64,000 nt of DNA from Granulicella sp. (GCA_027339965.1 DAHWNL010000034.1:1-64000), one strand, 5' to 3'. Positions 32,276 through 42,695 are shown, numbered from the stretch's first letter. The notes: generated by a model not told the origin, from the sequence alone. Program-made: numbers and translations.

Positions 32276-32980
32276 TCAGGTATCGCGAAGCTCGTACCCG
32301 AAGCCCCGGATGGTGTGGGTGAGCTTTCGCTCGCCCGGCCCATCCACCTTGTCACGAACATATTTCATGTAGACATCCACGATATTGCTGGACGGATTGT
32401 GCGGAGTGTCCCACACCTCTTCAAATAAGGTTGCTCTCGAAACCGGCCGTCCGGAGTGGCGCAGCATACAGTCCAGGATCGAGAACTCCCGCGGAGTAAG
32501 ATCGATCCTCCGTCCATTCCGCTCCACAAGATGCTCTTCGCGGTAGAGCCTCAGATCACCCACCTCCGAGAGATTGGGAACAACACCGGAGTGCCGTCGC
32601 AGCAGCGCTTGCACCCGGGCCAGCAGCTCCGCAAAGGAGAACGGCTTGCTGAGAAAATCGTCCGCCCCGCTCTGCAGCGCCCGTACCTTATCCTCAACCT
32701 GACAGCGCGAGGTAAGGACCAGAATCGGCATTCGCGGTCGCATGGGCCGAACCCGCCGGATCAGTTCCAAGCCATCCAGACCGGGTAGATTCAACTCCAG
32801 AATCGCTAGGTCAAAGCGTCTCTGACGGAGAGCGGAAAGTGCTGCCTCCCCGTCCGGCAGAATCTCGACGCGGTAGGACTCCGCCTCCAGCTCCTGCCGC
32901 AAGAGATCGGCCAGGGACACATTCTCATCGACAATCAAGCAACTCAATCTGGCAACTGGTCCGAGATCACGCCGTGTCAT
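32276..32980 (-). CDS. OmpR/PhoB-family response regulator with Glu at the phosphoacceptor position
   Basis: Receiver domain FDLAILELNLPGLDG, GADDFLSKPF; winged helix LTPREF...VDVYMKYVRDK...TIRGFGY. Confidence 0.88.
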   Translation of the reverse strand: MTRRDLGPVARLSCLIVDENVSLADLLRQELEAESYRVEILPDGEAALSALRQRRFDLAILELNLPGLDGLELIRRVRPMRPRMPILVLTSRCQVEDKVRALQSGADDFLSKPFSFAELLARVQALLRRHSGVVPNLSEVGDLRLYREEHLVERNGRRIDLTPREFSILDCMLRHSGRPVSRATLFEEVWDTPHNPSSNIVDVYMKYVRDKVDGPGERKLTHTIRGFGYELRDT

Positions 32981-33239
32981 CGCCTGGCCTTCTGTTCTCC
33001 GGTTCTTTGAAACACTTTTATGAATTTGAAGACTCCTTAAGATCATCTTTATCAATGATATAGAGAGTAACAATCCATATTCACTTGAATTGACTCTCGG
33101 GGCTTGCTCTCGTGACCGTCTCCTCATCCGGCTGCAGTGATTTCACTTTCCTCGAGCCATGCGCCCTACCGCAAGAGCTTCTTATCGAAATCTCATTCTT
33201 ATTTCCTGAAACGGTGGCGCGACGGTAAAATTCCGTCTT

Positions 33240-33276
33240 TGGGAACCAGAGTCGCCGATGGCGACCCTGGTTCCCA
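33240..33276. repeat. 16-bp inverted repeat with one mismatch between the divergent regulator and lexA
   Basis: TGGGAACCAG-a-GTCGCC-gat-GGCGAC-c-CTGGTTCCCA. Confidence 0.75.
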
Positions 33277-33292
33277 GAACATCAGTCCTCCA

Positions 33293-33315
33293 ATTCGCCT
33301 TTTATTCGCTAGAAT
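33293..33315 (+). promoter_or_regulatory. Putative LexA box (ATTC-N7-ATTC) adjacent to a TAGAAT -10 element
   Basis: ATTC-GCCTTTT-ATTC at 33293-33307 resembles the GTTC-N7-GTTC direct-repeat SOS box. TAGAAT at 33310-33315. Confidence 0.6.
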
Positions 33316-33321
33316 AGGCGC

Positions 33322-33927
33322 ATGGCTATCACCCGTCGGCAAAAAGAGGTTCTGGACTTCCTCACCGCCTTTACCGCCCGCAACGGCTACTCCCCGTCCT
33401 ATGAGGAGATTGCCTCGGGTCTCGGTCTGAGTTCCTTGGCCACTGTTCATAAGCACATCACCAATCTTCACGCCAAGGGCCTGCTCCAACGGGCGCAAAA
33501 CCGCAGCCGCTCCATTGACGTCGTACCCCAGCGAGCTGCGCGCAAGGCTGCGGACCGCCTTCCGCTCCTCGGGCGTATCGCGGCGGGCAAACCAGTCGAG
33601 GCCATTCAGGCCGCCGAGACCATCTCGCTGAGCGACATCATCGGAGCCCGTGAGGTCTTCGCTCTTGAAGTTCAGGGAGACTCCATGCGCGACGAACACA
33701 TCATCTCCGGCGACTACGTTTTAGTGGAACGAGCCCGCACGGCTCGCGAAGGAGAGATTGTCGTCGCGCTTGTGGACGGCTCCGACGCTACCCTCAAGCG
33801 CTTCTACCATGAGGGCAACCTGATCCGCCTGCAACCCTCCAACAGCGAGATGAAGCCCATCTATGCTCCCGCAGGCAGCGTCAGCATTCAAGGCAAGGTT
33901 CTGGGCGTGTTGCGGCGCTACAACTAA
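33322..33927 (+). CDS. lexA: SOS repressor LexA
   Basis: GYSPSYEEIA wHTH, IAAG cleavage site, GDSM catalytic Ser, TLKR catalytic Lys. Confidence 0.96.
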   Translation: MAITRRQKEVLDFLTAFTARNGYSPSYEEIASGLGLSSLATVHKHITNLHAKGLLQRAQNRSRSIDVVPQRAARKAADRLPLLGRIAAGKPVEAIQAAETISLSDIIGAREVFALEVQGDSMRDEHIISGDYVLVERARTAREGEIVVALVDGSDATLKRFYHEGNLIRLQPSNSEMKPIYAPAGSVSIQGKVLGVLRRYN

Positions 33928-34030
33928 CCCGCTGGCCCCCTCGCAACGGATCACCCGCAGGGAACCTGCCCTCTCCCATCTGCGTACTCTAGCTCCGAAG
34001 ATCAAACGTTCCATGACCTTTGGAGGCCTT

Positions 34031-34522
34031 GTGAACCCGTCTCAAAGAATCAAGTCAGGATCTGTCAGACGGCGAGGAATCATCCTCGCTGCCATACTTT
34101 GCGCTCTCAACGGCGACCGCGTGGTCGCTGCGCGAAGCATGGATCGCGCGGACCCCATCGACCCCTCCCATCCCGCCACGGCGCAGATTCGGGGTATCAA
34201 GCGTTCGGTGACGGTAACCGGAAAGGTACAGCCCATTGCCGGGGTGCAGCTCTCAATTGACAACTCGGAAGGAGAGCTCAAAGCAAGCTTGACGGCCTGC
34301 AAGGAGATCGTCCTCAAAGAGCATAAAAGCGCACTGACCATCCCCGAGCCGGCAGTGCTCGATCACGAGGATCGCAACGCCTCCGTCTGGGCGCCCGACA
34401 TCCATCGTCGGGATGGCCATCGTGGCATCGCCGTCAAAACCGGCATCTCCGCCGGCAGCCGGATGGAGGTTCTCTCCGACCTGAAGCCGGGAGTTCAGGT
34501 CATCCTGCAGCAAACATCCTAG
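34031..34522 (+). pseudogene. Internally deleted MacA/HlyD-type periplasmic adaptor
   Basis: N-terminal SVTVTGKVQP joined in frame to C-terminal SIDNSEGELKA...LTIPE...VKTGIS...EVLSDLKPG.QVIL. The lipoyl and hairpin core is missing. Confidence 0.65.
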
Positions 34523-34681
34523 CCTGGCAGCGCTCGGTCCGGCCTCGCTCGAAGTGGCTCAAGTTTTCCAGCAGCAAACGGCGGAGCGCCAGACTCTCGA
34601 CCATCTCCACATGCAGGATTTTACCCCTGAACCCCATCGGAACCCTTCAACCTCAAACTCTCGTTGCAGGAGCGAATCAAC

Positions 34682-35554
34682 ATGAAACTTCCCTTGCTCA
34701 ACGGCCTCGTACTGGCGCCTGCACTTCTGCTGGCAGCCTCTCCAGCGGCGGTAGCTGCTGACAACCACTTCGAACGCACGCTAAACGTCTCCTCGCAGCC
34801 GGATCTCTATGTCTCGACGAACGACGGCGACATCACCATTCGCCCTGGAAGCGACAACCAGATCCACATCGTCGGCCATATTCATGCCGGTTGGACCTTC
34901 TTCGGCAACCCCCAGAAGCGGATCCAGCAAATCATTGACGATCCTCCCATCTCCGACAGCGGGAGCTCCATCCGAGTCGGCCAATCAGGTGATCCAGCCC
35001 TCTACAGGGGCTTGAGCATCGACTATGACATCTCAGCGCCTGCCTCCGTAGCGCTCAATCTGCGCAGTGCCTCGGGCGACATTCTGGTGGACCATGTGGG
35101 CCGCTTCCTCTCGGCGGCGAGCGGCTCAGGCGATTTGCGCGTCCACGAGATTAACGGCCCCGCCGAGTTGGTCAGCGGTTCCGGTGACATTGAACTTGAC
35201 GAGTCGGGCGCCGGCGACATCAAGGCTAGAACCGGATCAGGAGATATCAAGATCCACGGCTTCAACGGCGGTCTCACAGTACGCAGCGGCAGCGGAGATA
35301 TCCAGGCCGACGGCCGTCTCACCGGCCCGTCAACTCTCTCCTCGGGCTCTGGAGACATCAAACTGCACCTGACCCCGGAGGCTCACTTCAATCTGGAGGC
35401 GGCAACCGGCTCTGGAGATATCGACTTGAACTTTCCGGGCGCCCCCCGCCACAGCGACCGCTCGCGGCATCACCTCACAGCGCCGGTGAACGGCGGCGGC
35501 CCACCGCTGCAGATCCGCACCGGCTCCGGCGATATCAAGATCAACCGCCATTGA
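34682..35554 (+). CDS. DUF4097 family beta-strand repeat protein (secreted)
   Basis: Signal peptide; repeated (S/T)GSGDI motifs; AGGAG SD. Confidence 0.85.
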   Translation: MKLPLLNGLVLAPALLLAASPAAVAADNHFERTLNVSSQPDLYVSTNDGDITIRPGSDNQIHIVGHIHAGWTFFGNPQKRIQQIIDDPPISDSGSSIRVGQSGDPALYRGLSIDYDISAPASVALNLRSASGDILVDHVGRFLSAASGSGDLRVHEINGPAELVSGSGDIELDESGAGDIKARTGSGDIKIHGFNGGLTVRSGSGDIQADGRLTGPSTLSSGSGDIKLHLTPEAHFNLEAATGSGDIDLNFPGAPRHSDRSRHHLTAPVNGGGPPLQIRTGSGDIKINRH

Positions 35555-35943
35555 ATCGCGCAAACGGCGTGTGCACCATCAGATCCTCCTGGCGACCGTT
35601 CTTACGCTACCAACTTTTCCGGATGGAACAAACCGCCGCGACAGCAACCGAAGGGAGCTCTCATCAAGCTGCTCAAAAGGCGAGTCACACCCAGATAGGG
35701 AGAAGAGTCTCCATCAGCGCAGATCATCCGCCCGGAAAACGCGAAAGTACTGCTCTCTGCTGCGGTCCAGCGTGCGTTTGAAACTCATCGCTGGAGTCGC
35801 CCCGTCGGCTTTGCAGTTCCGCGCGAAACACTCAGGCAGCAAAACCAATTTGTCGCATTTTTCAGCGTGGACGCAAGAATAGAGGCTGTCTCCGGCGGAG
35901 AGCAAACTACCAAGGGGCATCCACGTGAGACTTTCCAACGCCG

Positions 35944-35984
35944 AAAAGGGGCGGGGAGCGATGATGGATGTCCTTCCCGCCCCC
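35944..35984 (-). terminator. Probable terminator of the beta-oxidation operon
   Basis: Minus strand GGGGCGGG...CCCGCCCC stem followed by TTTT. Confidence 0.5.
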
Positions 35985-36158
35985 CTCCCCAAAACATGCC
36001 ATCCTATTCTCCATGGGACGTTTTGACTCAGCGGCAACCCTGTGCGCCATTCGGCTTCCCGGATGGATACGGCAGACTGCTCCTGTCTCCAGCAATCTGC
36101 CGGGCGTCAGGGCGTTCACCCTCGCACGACGTCCACAGGGCTCAGGCTTATTCCACTC

Positions 36159-37943
36159 TCACAACGTGTAACGGCCGGCTTCCACCATCGCAGCCGCAAT
36201 CTCCCGGCCCAGCGTGACCGTATTCACCGGCTCGTGCTGGGCCAGTCTGCGGAAGATCGTCATCTGCGTGCGCAGCATGTCTCCTTCGGCCACCGCGGCC
36301 AGCACACGCTCGGCTGCCGTCTCCACAATACGGAATGAACGAGCCGCATAGTACTTGGTCATCTTCACAGCCAGCTCATTCTTGCCCGCCATCTTTTCCG
36401 TCCGCAGGATCGCCGACTCCAGCGCCAGCACTTCTATCAAAACATCGGCCAGCGCTCCCATTATCTCCTGCTGCTCGGCCATGTCCGTCCCAAAACGCTG
36501 TGAAGCGGAACCGGCGCAGAATAGCCCCAGCTTCTTCGCACTGGCCAGCAGCGAACGCTCCTCTGCCAGCGGCCCGTCAAAGCTGTCGCGCGCGCTGGAA
36601 CCCGCCATCACCTCGTCCATCACTCGCTTCATCGCCGGCAGCAGCGCCAGTCGGCCCTGCTGTGCTCGCTTGATCATCCATCCTGTAATAATCAATCGAT
36701 TGATCTCATTGGTGCCCTCGAAGATCCGGTTGATCCGGGCGTCGCGATAGCTGCGTTCGGCGGGAAACTCCTCCACGTAACCGTAGCCGCCGTGCAACTG
36801 CAACATCTCGTCCACCATGCGATCCAGCATCTCCGAACCCCACACCTTCAGAATCGAGCACTCGACAGCGAACTCCTCGATCCTCTTCTGTACCTCCTGG
36901 GTATAGTCCGGCGAGTGCTTATCCAGCCCCTGCAAGGCCACATCGATCGCTCCTACCGTGCGATAGACCAGCGCCTCTCCGGCATAGATGCCCGCGGCAC
37001 AGGTGGCGATCTTCTCCTGGATCAGACCAAAGGAGGTGATGGGTTTGCCGAATGCAATCCTCTCCCGGGCATAGCGCAGGCCGTCGCGAAAGGCCTTGCG
37101 AGCCCCGCCGATGGCCGCCGCAGCCAGCTTGTACCGTCCCACGTTGAGCACGTTGAACGCAATATGATGCCCCTTGCCAGCCTCACCCAGCAGATTCTCC
37201 ACCGGAACTTTGCAATCCTCCAGGCGCAGCGGGCAGGTAGACGACCCGCGAATGCCAAGCTTGTGCTCTTCAGCCGCCACGGTCAATCCCGGCGTTCCGG
37301 CCTCCACCAGAAATGCTGTGAACTTCTCGCCATCGATCTTGGCAAAGATCGTGAAGATGTTCGCCATGCCTGCATTGGAGATCCACATCTTCTCTCCATT
37401 GAGGACGTAGTGCCTGCCATCTGGCGTCAACTTCGCCTGGGTGCGGATGTTCATCGCATCGGATCCAGCCGAGGACTCCGACAGAGCATAGGCCGCAATC
37501 CATTCTCCACTGGCGATTTTGGGCAGGTACTTTGCCTTCTGCTCTGGTGTTCCGTACCACATCAGTGGCAGAGTTCCAATGCCTGCATGCGCGCTGAAAG
37601 TCACCGAGAAGCTGCCGGAGACCGCAATCCGCTCGGCGATCAGCGCCGAGGTCACCTTGTCCAGTTCCAGCCCTCCGTACTCCTCCGGCACATCAACGCC
37701 AAGAAGTCCCAACTCGCCGGCCTCGCGCATCAACTCACGGCTCACCGCAAAGTTCTTCGCCTCGATCTCCGGCACGCGAGGAAGGATCTTTTCTTCAGCA
37801 AAGTTCGCCGTCATCTCCGCAATCTGCCGCTGTTCCGGTGAAAGATCCTCGGGCGTAAAGACATCCTGCGGACCCAGATCCTCGATCAGAAAACTTCCAC
37901 CCGACTCCCGCTGCATGCGCTTCTCAACTGCCGCTGTTCCCAT
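36159..37943 (-). CDS. Acyl-CoA dehydrogenase (FadE/AcdB-like, long form)
   Basis: YALSESSAGSD, NGEKMWISN, KLGIRGSST, QLHGGYGY, RIFEGTNEI. Confidence 0.93.
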   Translation of the reverse strand: MGTAAVEKRMQRESGGSFLIEDLGPQDVFTPEDLSPEQRQIAEMTANFAEEKILPRVPEIEAKNFAVSRELMREAGELGLLGVDVPEEYGGLELDKVTSALIAERIAVSGSFSVTFSAHAGIGTLPLMWYGTPEQKAKYLPKIASGEWIAAYALSESSAGSDAMNIRTQAKLTPDGRHYVLNGEKMWISNAGMANIFTIFAKIDGEKFTAFLVEAGTPGLTVAAEEHKLGIRGSSTCPLRLEDCKVPVENLLGEAGKGHHIAFNVLNVGRYKLAAAAIGGARKAFRDGLRYARERIAFGKPITSFGLIQEKIATCAAGIYAGEALVYRTVGAIDVALQGLDKHSPDYTQEVQKRIEEFAVECSILKVWGSEMLDRMVDEMLQLHGGYGYVEEFPAERSYRDARINRIFEGTNEINRLIITGWMIKRAQQGRLALLPAMKRVMDEVMAGSSARDSFDGPLAEERSLLASAKKLGLFCAGSASQRFGTDMAEQQEIMGALADVLIEVLALESAILRTEKMAGKNELAVKMTKYYAARSFRIVETAAERVLAAVAEGDMLRTQMTIFRRLAQHEPVNTVTLGREIAAAMVEAGRYTL

Positions 37944-37983
37944 CGTCTCTTCTCCTGCTTCTTTGCTGTTGTCTTCTCAGCCT

Positions 37984-39168
37984 TTAATTCTGCAGATTTT
38001 CAAAGATCCCGGCAGCGCCCATTCCGCCGCCGACACACATGGTCACCAAACCATACTTCGCTTTGCGCCGCTTCATCTCGCCCAGCAGCGTCGCCGTCAG
38101 TTTGGCGCCAGTGCAGCCCAGCGGATGTCCCAGGGCAATCGCTCCTCCATTGACATTCACCCGCTCCTCATCCAGTCCCAGTGTCCGGATCACGGCCAAC
38201 GACTGCGCCGCAAAGGCCTCATTGAGCTCAATGACGTCGATGTCCTTGAGCGTAAGCCCGGCCATCTTCAACGCCTTTGGAACGGCATGGACCGGTCCAA
38301 TGCCCATCTCCTCAGGAGCACATCCCGCATAAGCGAAGGAGACGAAGCGGGCCAGAGGCTTGGCTTCCAGGGCCAAGGCATGCTGCTCAGACATCACCAC
38401 TGCCGCGGCAGCGCCATCTGAGGTCTGCGAACTGTTCCCTGCCGTCACCACTCCTTTGGCATGGAACGCCGGGCGCAGCTTGGCCAGCGCCTCCGCAGAG
38501 GTATCCGCCCGCGGCCCCTCATCCACCAGAAACTCTTTCTCCACCAGGACCGGCTTTCCACCTCCATTCCAGCTTGTAGACTTCACCGTCACGGGAACAA
38601 TCTCGTCAGCAAAACGGCCCTCGGCAACCGCCGCCAGCGCCTTTTGATGGCTGCGCAGGGCAAACGCGTCGCAGTCTTCGCGGCTTACGCCGTAGTGCTT
38701 GGCCACCCGCTCCGCGGTCAGTCCCATTGACATATAAGCGCCTGGAACGTTGTCGACGAGCCAAGGATTGGCCGAGATCTTGTTACCTCCAAAGGGAACA
38801 CAGGACATGGACTCCGTGCCCCCGGCTACGATCACCTCAGCGCCTCCGCCGCGAATCCGCTCCGCCGCCAGCGCAATGGCTTGCAGTCCCGAGGCGCAGT
38901 AGCGATTCACCGTCATCGCCGCGGACTCTACCGGCAGCCTGGCCCGCAGCGCGATCAACCGCGCCACATTCATGCCCTGCTCTCCCTCCGGCATCGCGCA
39001 GCCCATGATCACATCTTCAATCTGGCTCGCGTTCAACATCGGAACGCGTTCCAGCGCTCCCATCACGGCGATTGCGCCCAGGTCATCCGGCCGGCTGTTC
39101 TTCAAGGTCCCCCGCGGAGCCTTGCCGACCGCCGTGCGAACTGCGCTAACCAGAACTGCGTCTCTCAT
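37984..39168 (-). CDS. fadA: Acetyl-CoA C-acyltransferase (3-ketoacyl-CoA thiolase)
   Basis: [30 protein letters not shown]. Confidence 0.93.
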   Translation of the reverse strand: MRDAVLVSAVRTAVGKAPRGTLKNSRPDDLGAIAVMGALERVPMLNASQIEDVIMGCAMPEGEQGMNVARLIALRARLPVESAAMTVNRYCASGLQAIALAAERIRGGGAEVIVAGGTESMSCVPFGGNKISANPWLVDNVPGAYMSMGLTAERVAKHYGVSREDCDAFALRSHQKALAAVAEGRFADEIVPVTVKSTSWNGGGKPVLVEKEFLVDEGPRADTSAEALAKLRPAFHAKGVVTAGNSSQTSDGAAAAVVMSEQHALALEAKPLARFVSFAYAGCAPEEMGIGPVHAVPKALKMAGLTLKDIDVIELNEAFAAQSLAVIRTLGLDEERVNVNGGAIALGHPLGCTGAKLTATLLGEMKRRKAKYGLVTMCVGGGMGAAGIFENLQN

Positions 39169-39242
39169 CTTCCACCCCTTCCGGCTCTTTTCTCACAGCT
39201 TTGCGTTGCCATCTGTAGTCCGCGCCACGCCGGGCGCGATCC

Positions 39243-41654
39243 CTAGTTGCGCAAGGGCTTTCCTGTCTTCAGCGTGAATCCAACCCGCTCCAGCGTCTTC
39301 GCCTCGCCACAGAGTGACAGGAAGGCCTCTCGCTCCAGGTCGAGCAGGTACCGTTCGCTCAGCATAGTTCCCGCCGTCACGCCCCCACCCGTCAGCACCC
39401 TGGCTACGTGGTTGGCGATCTTTGCGTCGTGCGGACTGATGTACTGAGCCTCTAGCATCATGTTGACGCTCAGCCGTAGGGTCGCCTCCACTGAAGTCCC
39501 TGGAGCGGCAAGATCAGTTCGCAGCACCGGTGCCGTGTAGCCCGCCTGCGCCAAGCCCAGCGCCTGCTCCTTGGCGTCATGTACCAGCCGATCGCGGTTC
39601 ATCGAAATCCCATCATGGGCACCCACAATCCGCAGAGCCCGAGCTTCAAAGGCTGAGGTAGATACCTTGGCCATCGCAATCGTTTCAAAGATCCCCTTAA
39701 CGGCCTCGTACACCTCCACAGACTCCGCTCCGCCGCCAGGATGCACTGCCGCCGCCGAATCCAGCGCGCGCAGCACCATCTCCTTGCAGCCGCCGCCGGC
39801 GGGAAGCAGCCCCACGCCGGTCTCCACCAGCCCGCTGTAAAGCTCGATATGTGGCTGGCGCAACGCAGAGTGCAGGCAGATCTCCGTGCCTCCGCCCAGG
39901 CACATGCCAAAGGGCGCGGATACCACCGGGCGAGGGCAGAACTTGATGCTCTGCGTCATGGCCTGGAACTCGCGCACCACCAGGTCAATCTCATCCCACT
40001 CCTTGTCCTGAATCGCCAGCAATAGCTGCATCAGGTTTGCGCCAACCGAGAAGTTCTGCGCGTCACTGGTAATGATGAAACCGGTGAAGTGCTTCACGGC
40101 ATCCCCTTCCGGATGCAGATGTTTACGCAGAAAGCTCACGATGTCCTGACCAAGACTGTTCATCTTGGAGTGAAACTCGAAGCACCCAATTCCATCGCCG
40201 ACATCGATCAAGGAGACCCCGGGATTCTTCGCATAGACTCCATTGGTACGCTTGTAGCCGGCAACCGGCGCCAACTCCAGGGCAAGATTCACTGGCCGGT
40301 AACTTGCCGTCGCTGGATCGAAGAACTCGGCACCCTCTTCGCGATACCAGGAACTTCCGCCGGCGGCAAGCAGCCTTTCTACCGCCTCCGGCACGGGTAG
40401 CGAGGCCTCCCGCATTCTCGCAACCGTCTCCACAACCCCGGCCGCATCCCACATCGCAAACGGCCCTAGCTCCCAGTTGAACCCCGCCTTCATGGCGCGA
40501 TCGATCTCGACAATCGTATCGGCCACCTCTCCAATGCGATTGGCCGCGTATGTCCACATCTCCGGCAGAACCTGCCAGTAGAACTTCGCCACTTTGTCCT
40601 TAGCCGGGTTTCCGCTCAACAGAGCGCGAATCCTGCTCGGGAGCGAATCATTGGCCTTCGCCATCTCAATCTCCGGAAACGAGACCTTCGCCGCCGGCTT
40701 GTACTCCATCGTGCCAAGGTCCAGCACCAGCCGAAGCTCTTTGCCGTCCGCTGCGCGCGCCTTCTTATAAAACCCCTGCTGAGTCTTGTCCCCCAGCCAC
40801 TTGCGCGCCATCATCTCGGCGATCATCGGCGGCAGGGTCACGTCCGCCCGCTCATCCCGGATGTTGGCCTCAAAGTTTTTCGCTACGTTACCCAGCACAT
40901 CGATACCAACCATGTCGGCCAGACGAAAGGTGCCGGTCTTGGGCCATCCCATCGCCGCTCCCGTCAGCAGGTCAATCTCTTCAATGCTCAGCCCCTGCAG
41001 CTTCATGACGCGTAGCGTGTTGAGCATGCAGAAGGTGCCAATCCGATTCGCGATAAAGTTGGGAACGTCCTTGGCCATTACTACCGTCTTGCCTAGCCTT
41101 TTATCGGCAAACTGCGCAATGGCCATCAAGGCCTTCGGATCCGACTCCAGTGTGCGTATCAGCTCCAAGAGCCGCATGTATCTCGGCGGATTGAAGAAGT
41201 GCGTTCCGAACCAACGCTCTCGCACATGCTCCGGCAACGCCTCCGCAATCCTGGCCACCGGCAACCCGCTGGTGTTGGTGGTCAGGATGGCGTCGGCACG
41301 CAAAAACTCCACTACCTTGCTGAGCAGATTCTGCTTGATCTCCATGTTCTCGGCGACCACTTCGATCACCCAGTCGCAATCCTTCAGCCTCGGCAGATCG
41401 TCTTCAAAGTTCCCCACGCTCACCCGGCTGGCAAATGAGGGGTCCGCGAACGCCGCAGGCTTAGACCGCTTCAGCATCTCCAGCGCCCCAGCCGCCAGAC
41501 TGTTTCTCTCTCCGCTACTGGGAACCATGTCTAGCAGTAATACCGGCAGACCGGCGTTGGCCACATGCGCCGCAATGCGCGCTCCCATGGTTCCCGCGCC
41601 CAGAACCGCCACCCGCCGCACATCGTAGGAATGCTCTTGCTCATGTTCACCCAT
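39243..41654 (-). CDS. fadN: 3-hydroxyacyl-CoA dehydrogenase/enoyl-CoA hydratase (FadN-type)
   Basis: VLGAGTMG, TNTSG, HFFNPPRYM, C-terminal crotonase-like domain ending TGKPLRN. Start set at ATG 41654. Confidence 0.9.
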   Translation of the reverse strand: MGEHEQEHSYDVRRVAVLGAGTMGARIAAHVANAGLPVLLLDMVPSSGERNSLAAGALEMLKRSKPAAFADPSFASRVSVGNFEDDLPRLKDCDWVIEVVAENMEIKQNLLSKVVEFLRADAILTTNTSGLPVARIAEALPEHVRERWFGTHFFNPPRYMRLLELIRTLESDPKALMAIAQFADKRLGKTVVMAKDVPNFIANRIGTFCMLNTLRVMKLQGLSIEEIDLLTGAAMGWPKTGTFRLADMVGIDVLGNVAKNFEANIRDERADVTLPPMIAEMMARKWLGDKTQQGFYKKARAADGKELRLVLDLGTMEYKPAAKVSFPEIEMAKANDSLPSRIRALLSGNPAKDKVAKFYWQVLPEMWTYAANRIGEVADTIVEIDRAMKAGFNWELGPFAMWDAAGVVETVARMREASLPVPEAVERLLAAGGSSWYREEGAEFFDPATASYRPVNLALELAPVAGYKRTNGVYAKNPGVSLIDVGDGIGCFEFHSKMNSLGQDIVSFLRKHLHPEGDAVKHFTGFIITSDAQNFSVGANLMQLLLAIQDKEWDEIDLVVREFQAMTQSIKFCPRPVVSAPFGMCLGGGTEICLHSALRQPHIELYSGLVETGVGLLPAGGGCKEMVLRALDSAAAVHPGGGAESVEVYEAVKGIFETIAMAKVSTSAFEARALRIVGAHDGISMNRDRLVHDAKEQALGLAQAGYTAPVLRTDLAAPGTSVEATLRLSVNMMLEAQYISPHDAKIANHVARVLTGGGVTAGTMLSERYLLDLEREAFLSLCGEAKTLERVGFTLKTGKPLRN

Positions 41655-41786
41655 GTTTTCCTGTCCATCCTTCTCGCGCATTCTCTGCTCCCCTTCCAGC
41701 ACGCCACAGGAGTCAGCGCTGCCGGCCACGGCCAACCGCGCCAACGTACGACAACAAAGAATTTGCGCCGCATACTCCAGCCCGTG

Positions 41787-41817
41787 AAGAATACTGAACG
41801 AGCGGTAAAAAAGTCAA
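41787..41817 (-). promoter_or_regulatory. sigma70-like promoter of the fad operon with an embedded imperfect palindrome (possible TetR operator)
   Basis: Minus strand TTGACT-N18-TATTCT. TACTGAACGAGCGGTA at 41792-41807 is 10/16 self-complementary. Confidence 0.5.
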
Positions 41818-41945
41818 CAGCCGCAAAATTGCGCTGCCTCCCGCCCCGTCAAACCAGCGAGGAATGGACCTCTTTCCAGATGGTGAATTCGCGGGGTTGA
41901 TTCCGCCGGACCGGCACGCGCACACCCCGAAGCGAGACTGGCAGG

Positions 41946-42695
41946 TCAGCTCTTTCTGGCCCCAGGCCCACCTTTGGCCAGGGCCGTCTTTGTTGCACCG
42001 CCGACTGTCGTGGAGCCGGCCGTCAGATCCTTGCGCAGGCCTTGCGTCAGCAGGGTCGCAAACTCCGCGGCAATCTCATCCGGGGTCAGTTCTCCTTCCG
42101 GCCGGTACCAGGTTCCAATCCAGTTCACGGCTCCGGCAAGAGCAAACGATGCGAGCTTCGCATTGCAGGGCTGCACGGATCCGTCGCGAATACCCTCCTC
42201 GACATAACCCCGGATCGCCATGTCGATCTTGCGCTTGAGGTTGCGCACCTCGCGCCGGGTCTTGGCGGATAGCTCCGCATCATCCAGCATCGCCACGCAA
42301 CGGCCAAAGTCGAAACTTACCACCGCCTTGGTATACGCCTCCACATAGGCCTTTACCTTGTTGAGTCCGTTGCCGTGACTCACGGCGGCCTTATCCAGCA
42401 ATCCCTCAATCGCCAGAATTCCAAGGCGATAACACTCCACCAGAATCTCTTCCTTGTTGTGAAAGTAATAGTACAAGGCCGGCTTGGTAATCTTCAGGCG
42501 TCGGCCGAGATCGCTCATGGAAGTGCGCCGATACCCATGCTCCAGGAACAGATGCGCAGCCGTCTGCAGCACGGCATCGCGCTTGGCGTCCACATTGCGC
42601 TGCCGAACCAGGAACGCCTTCCATGGTTCTCGCGGCTGATTTTCCGCTCCACTGGTGTCTGCTGTCTTCGCCAACTCTCCCTCTTCCTTCGTCAA
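41946..42695 (-). CDS. TetR/AcrR family transcriptional regulator
   Basis: AAHLFLEHGYRRTSM...ITKPALYYYFHNKEEIL HTH; NWIGTWYRPEG C-terminal motif. Confidence 0.9.
   Translation of the reverse strand: MTKEEGELAKTADTSGAENQPREPWKAFLVRQRNVDAKRDAVLQTAAHLFLEHGYRRTSMSDLGRRLKITKPALYYYFHNKEEILVECYRLGILAIEGLLDKAAVSHGNGLNKVKAYVEAYTKAVVSFDFGRCVAMLDDAELSAKTRREVRNLKRKIDMAIRGYVEEGIRDGSVQPCNAKLASFALAGAVNWIGTWYRPEGELTPDEIAAEFATLLTQGLRKDLTAGSTTVGGATKTALAKGGPGARKS

Noticed and set aside
35080..35545. Regularly spaced GGCTCNGGNGAYAT-type DNA repeats, superficially array-like
   Set aside because: They encode the GSGDI repeats of the DUF4097 protein and vary at third codon positions, so they are not CRISPR.
35555..36158. 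600-bp convergent spacer with several short ORFs
   Set aside because: No recognisable protein motif or structure beyond one terminator-like hairpin. It may be gene debris, but I cannot support a call.
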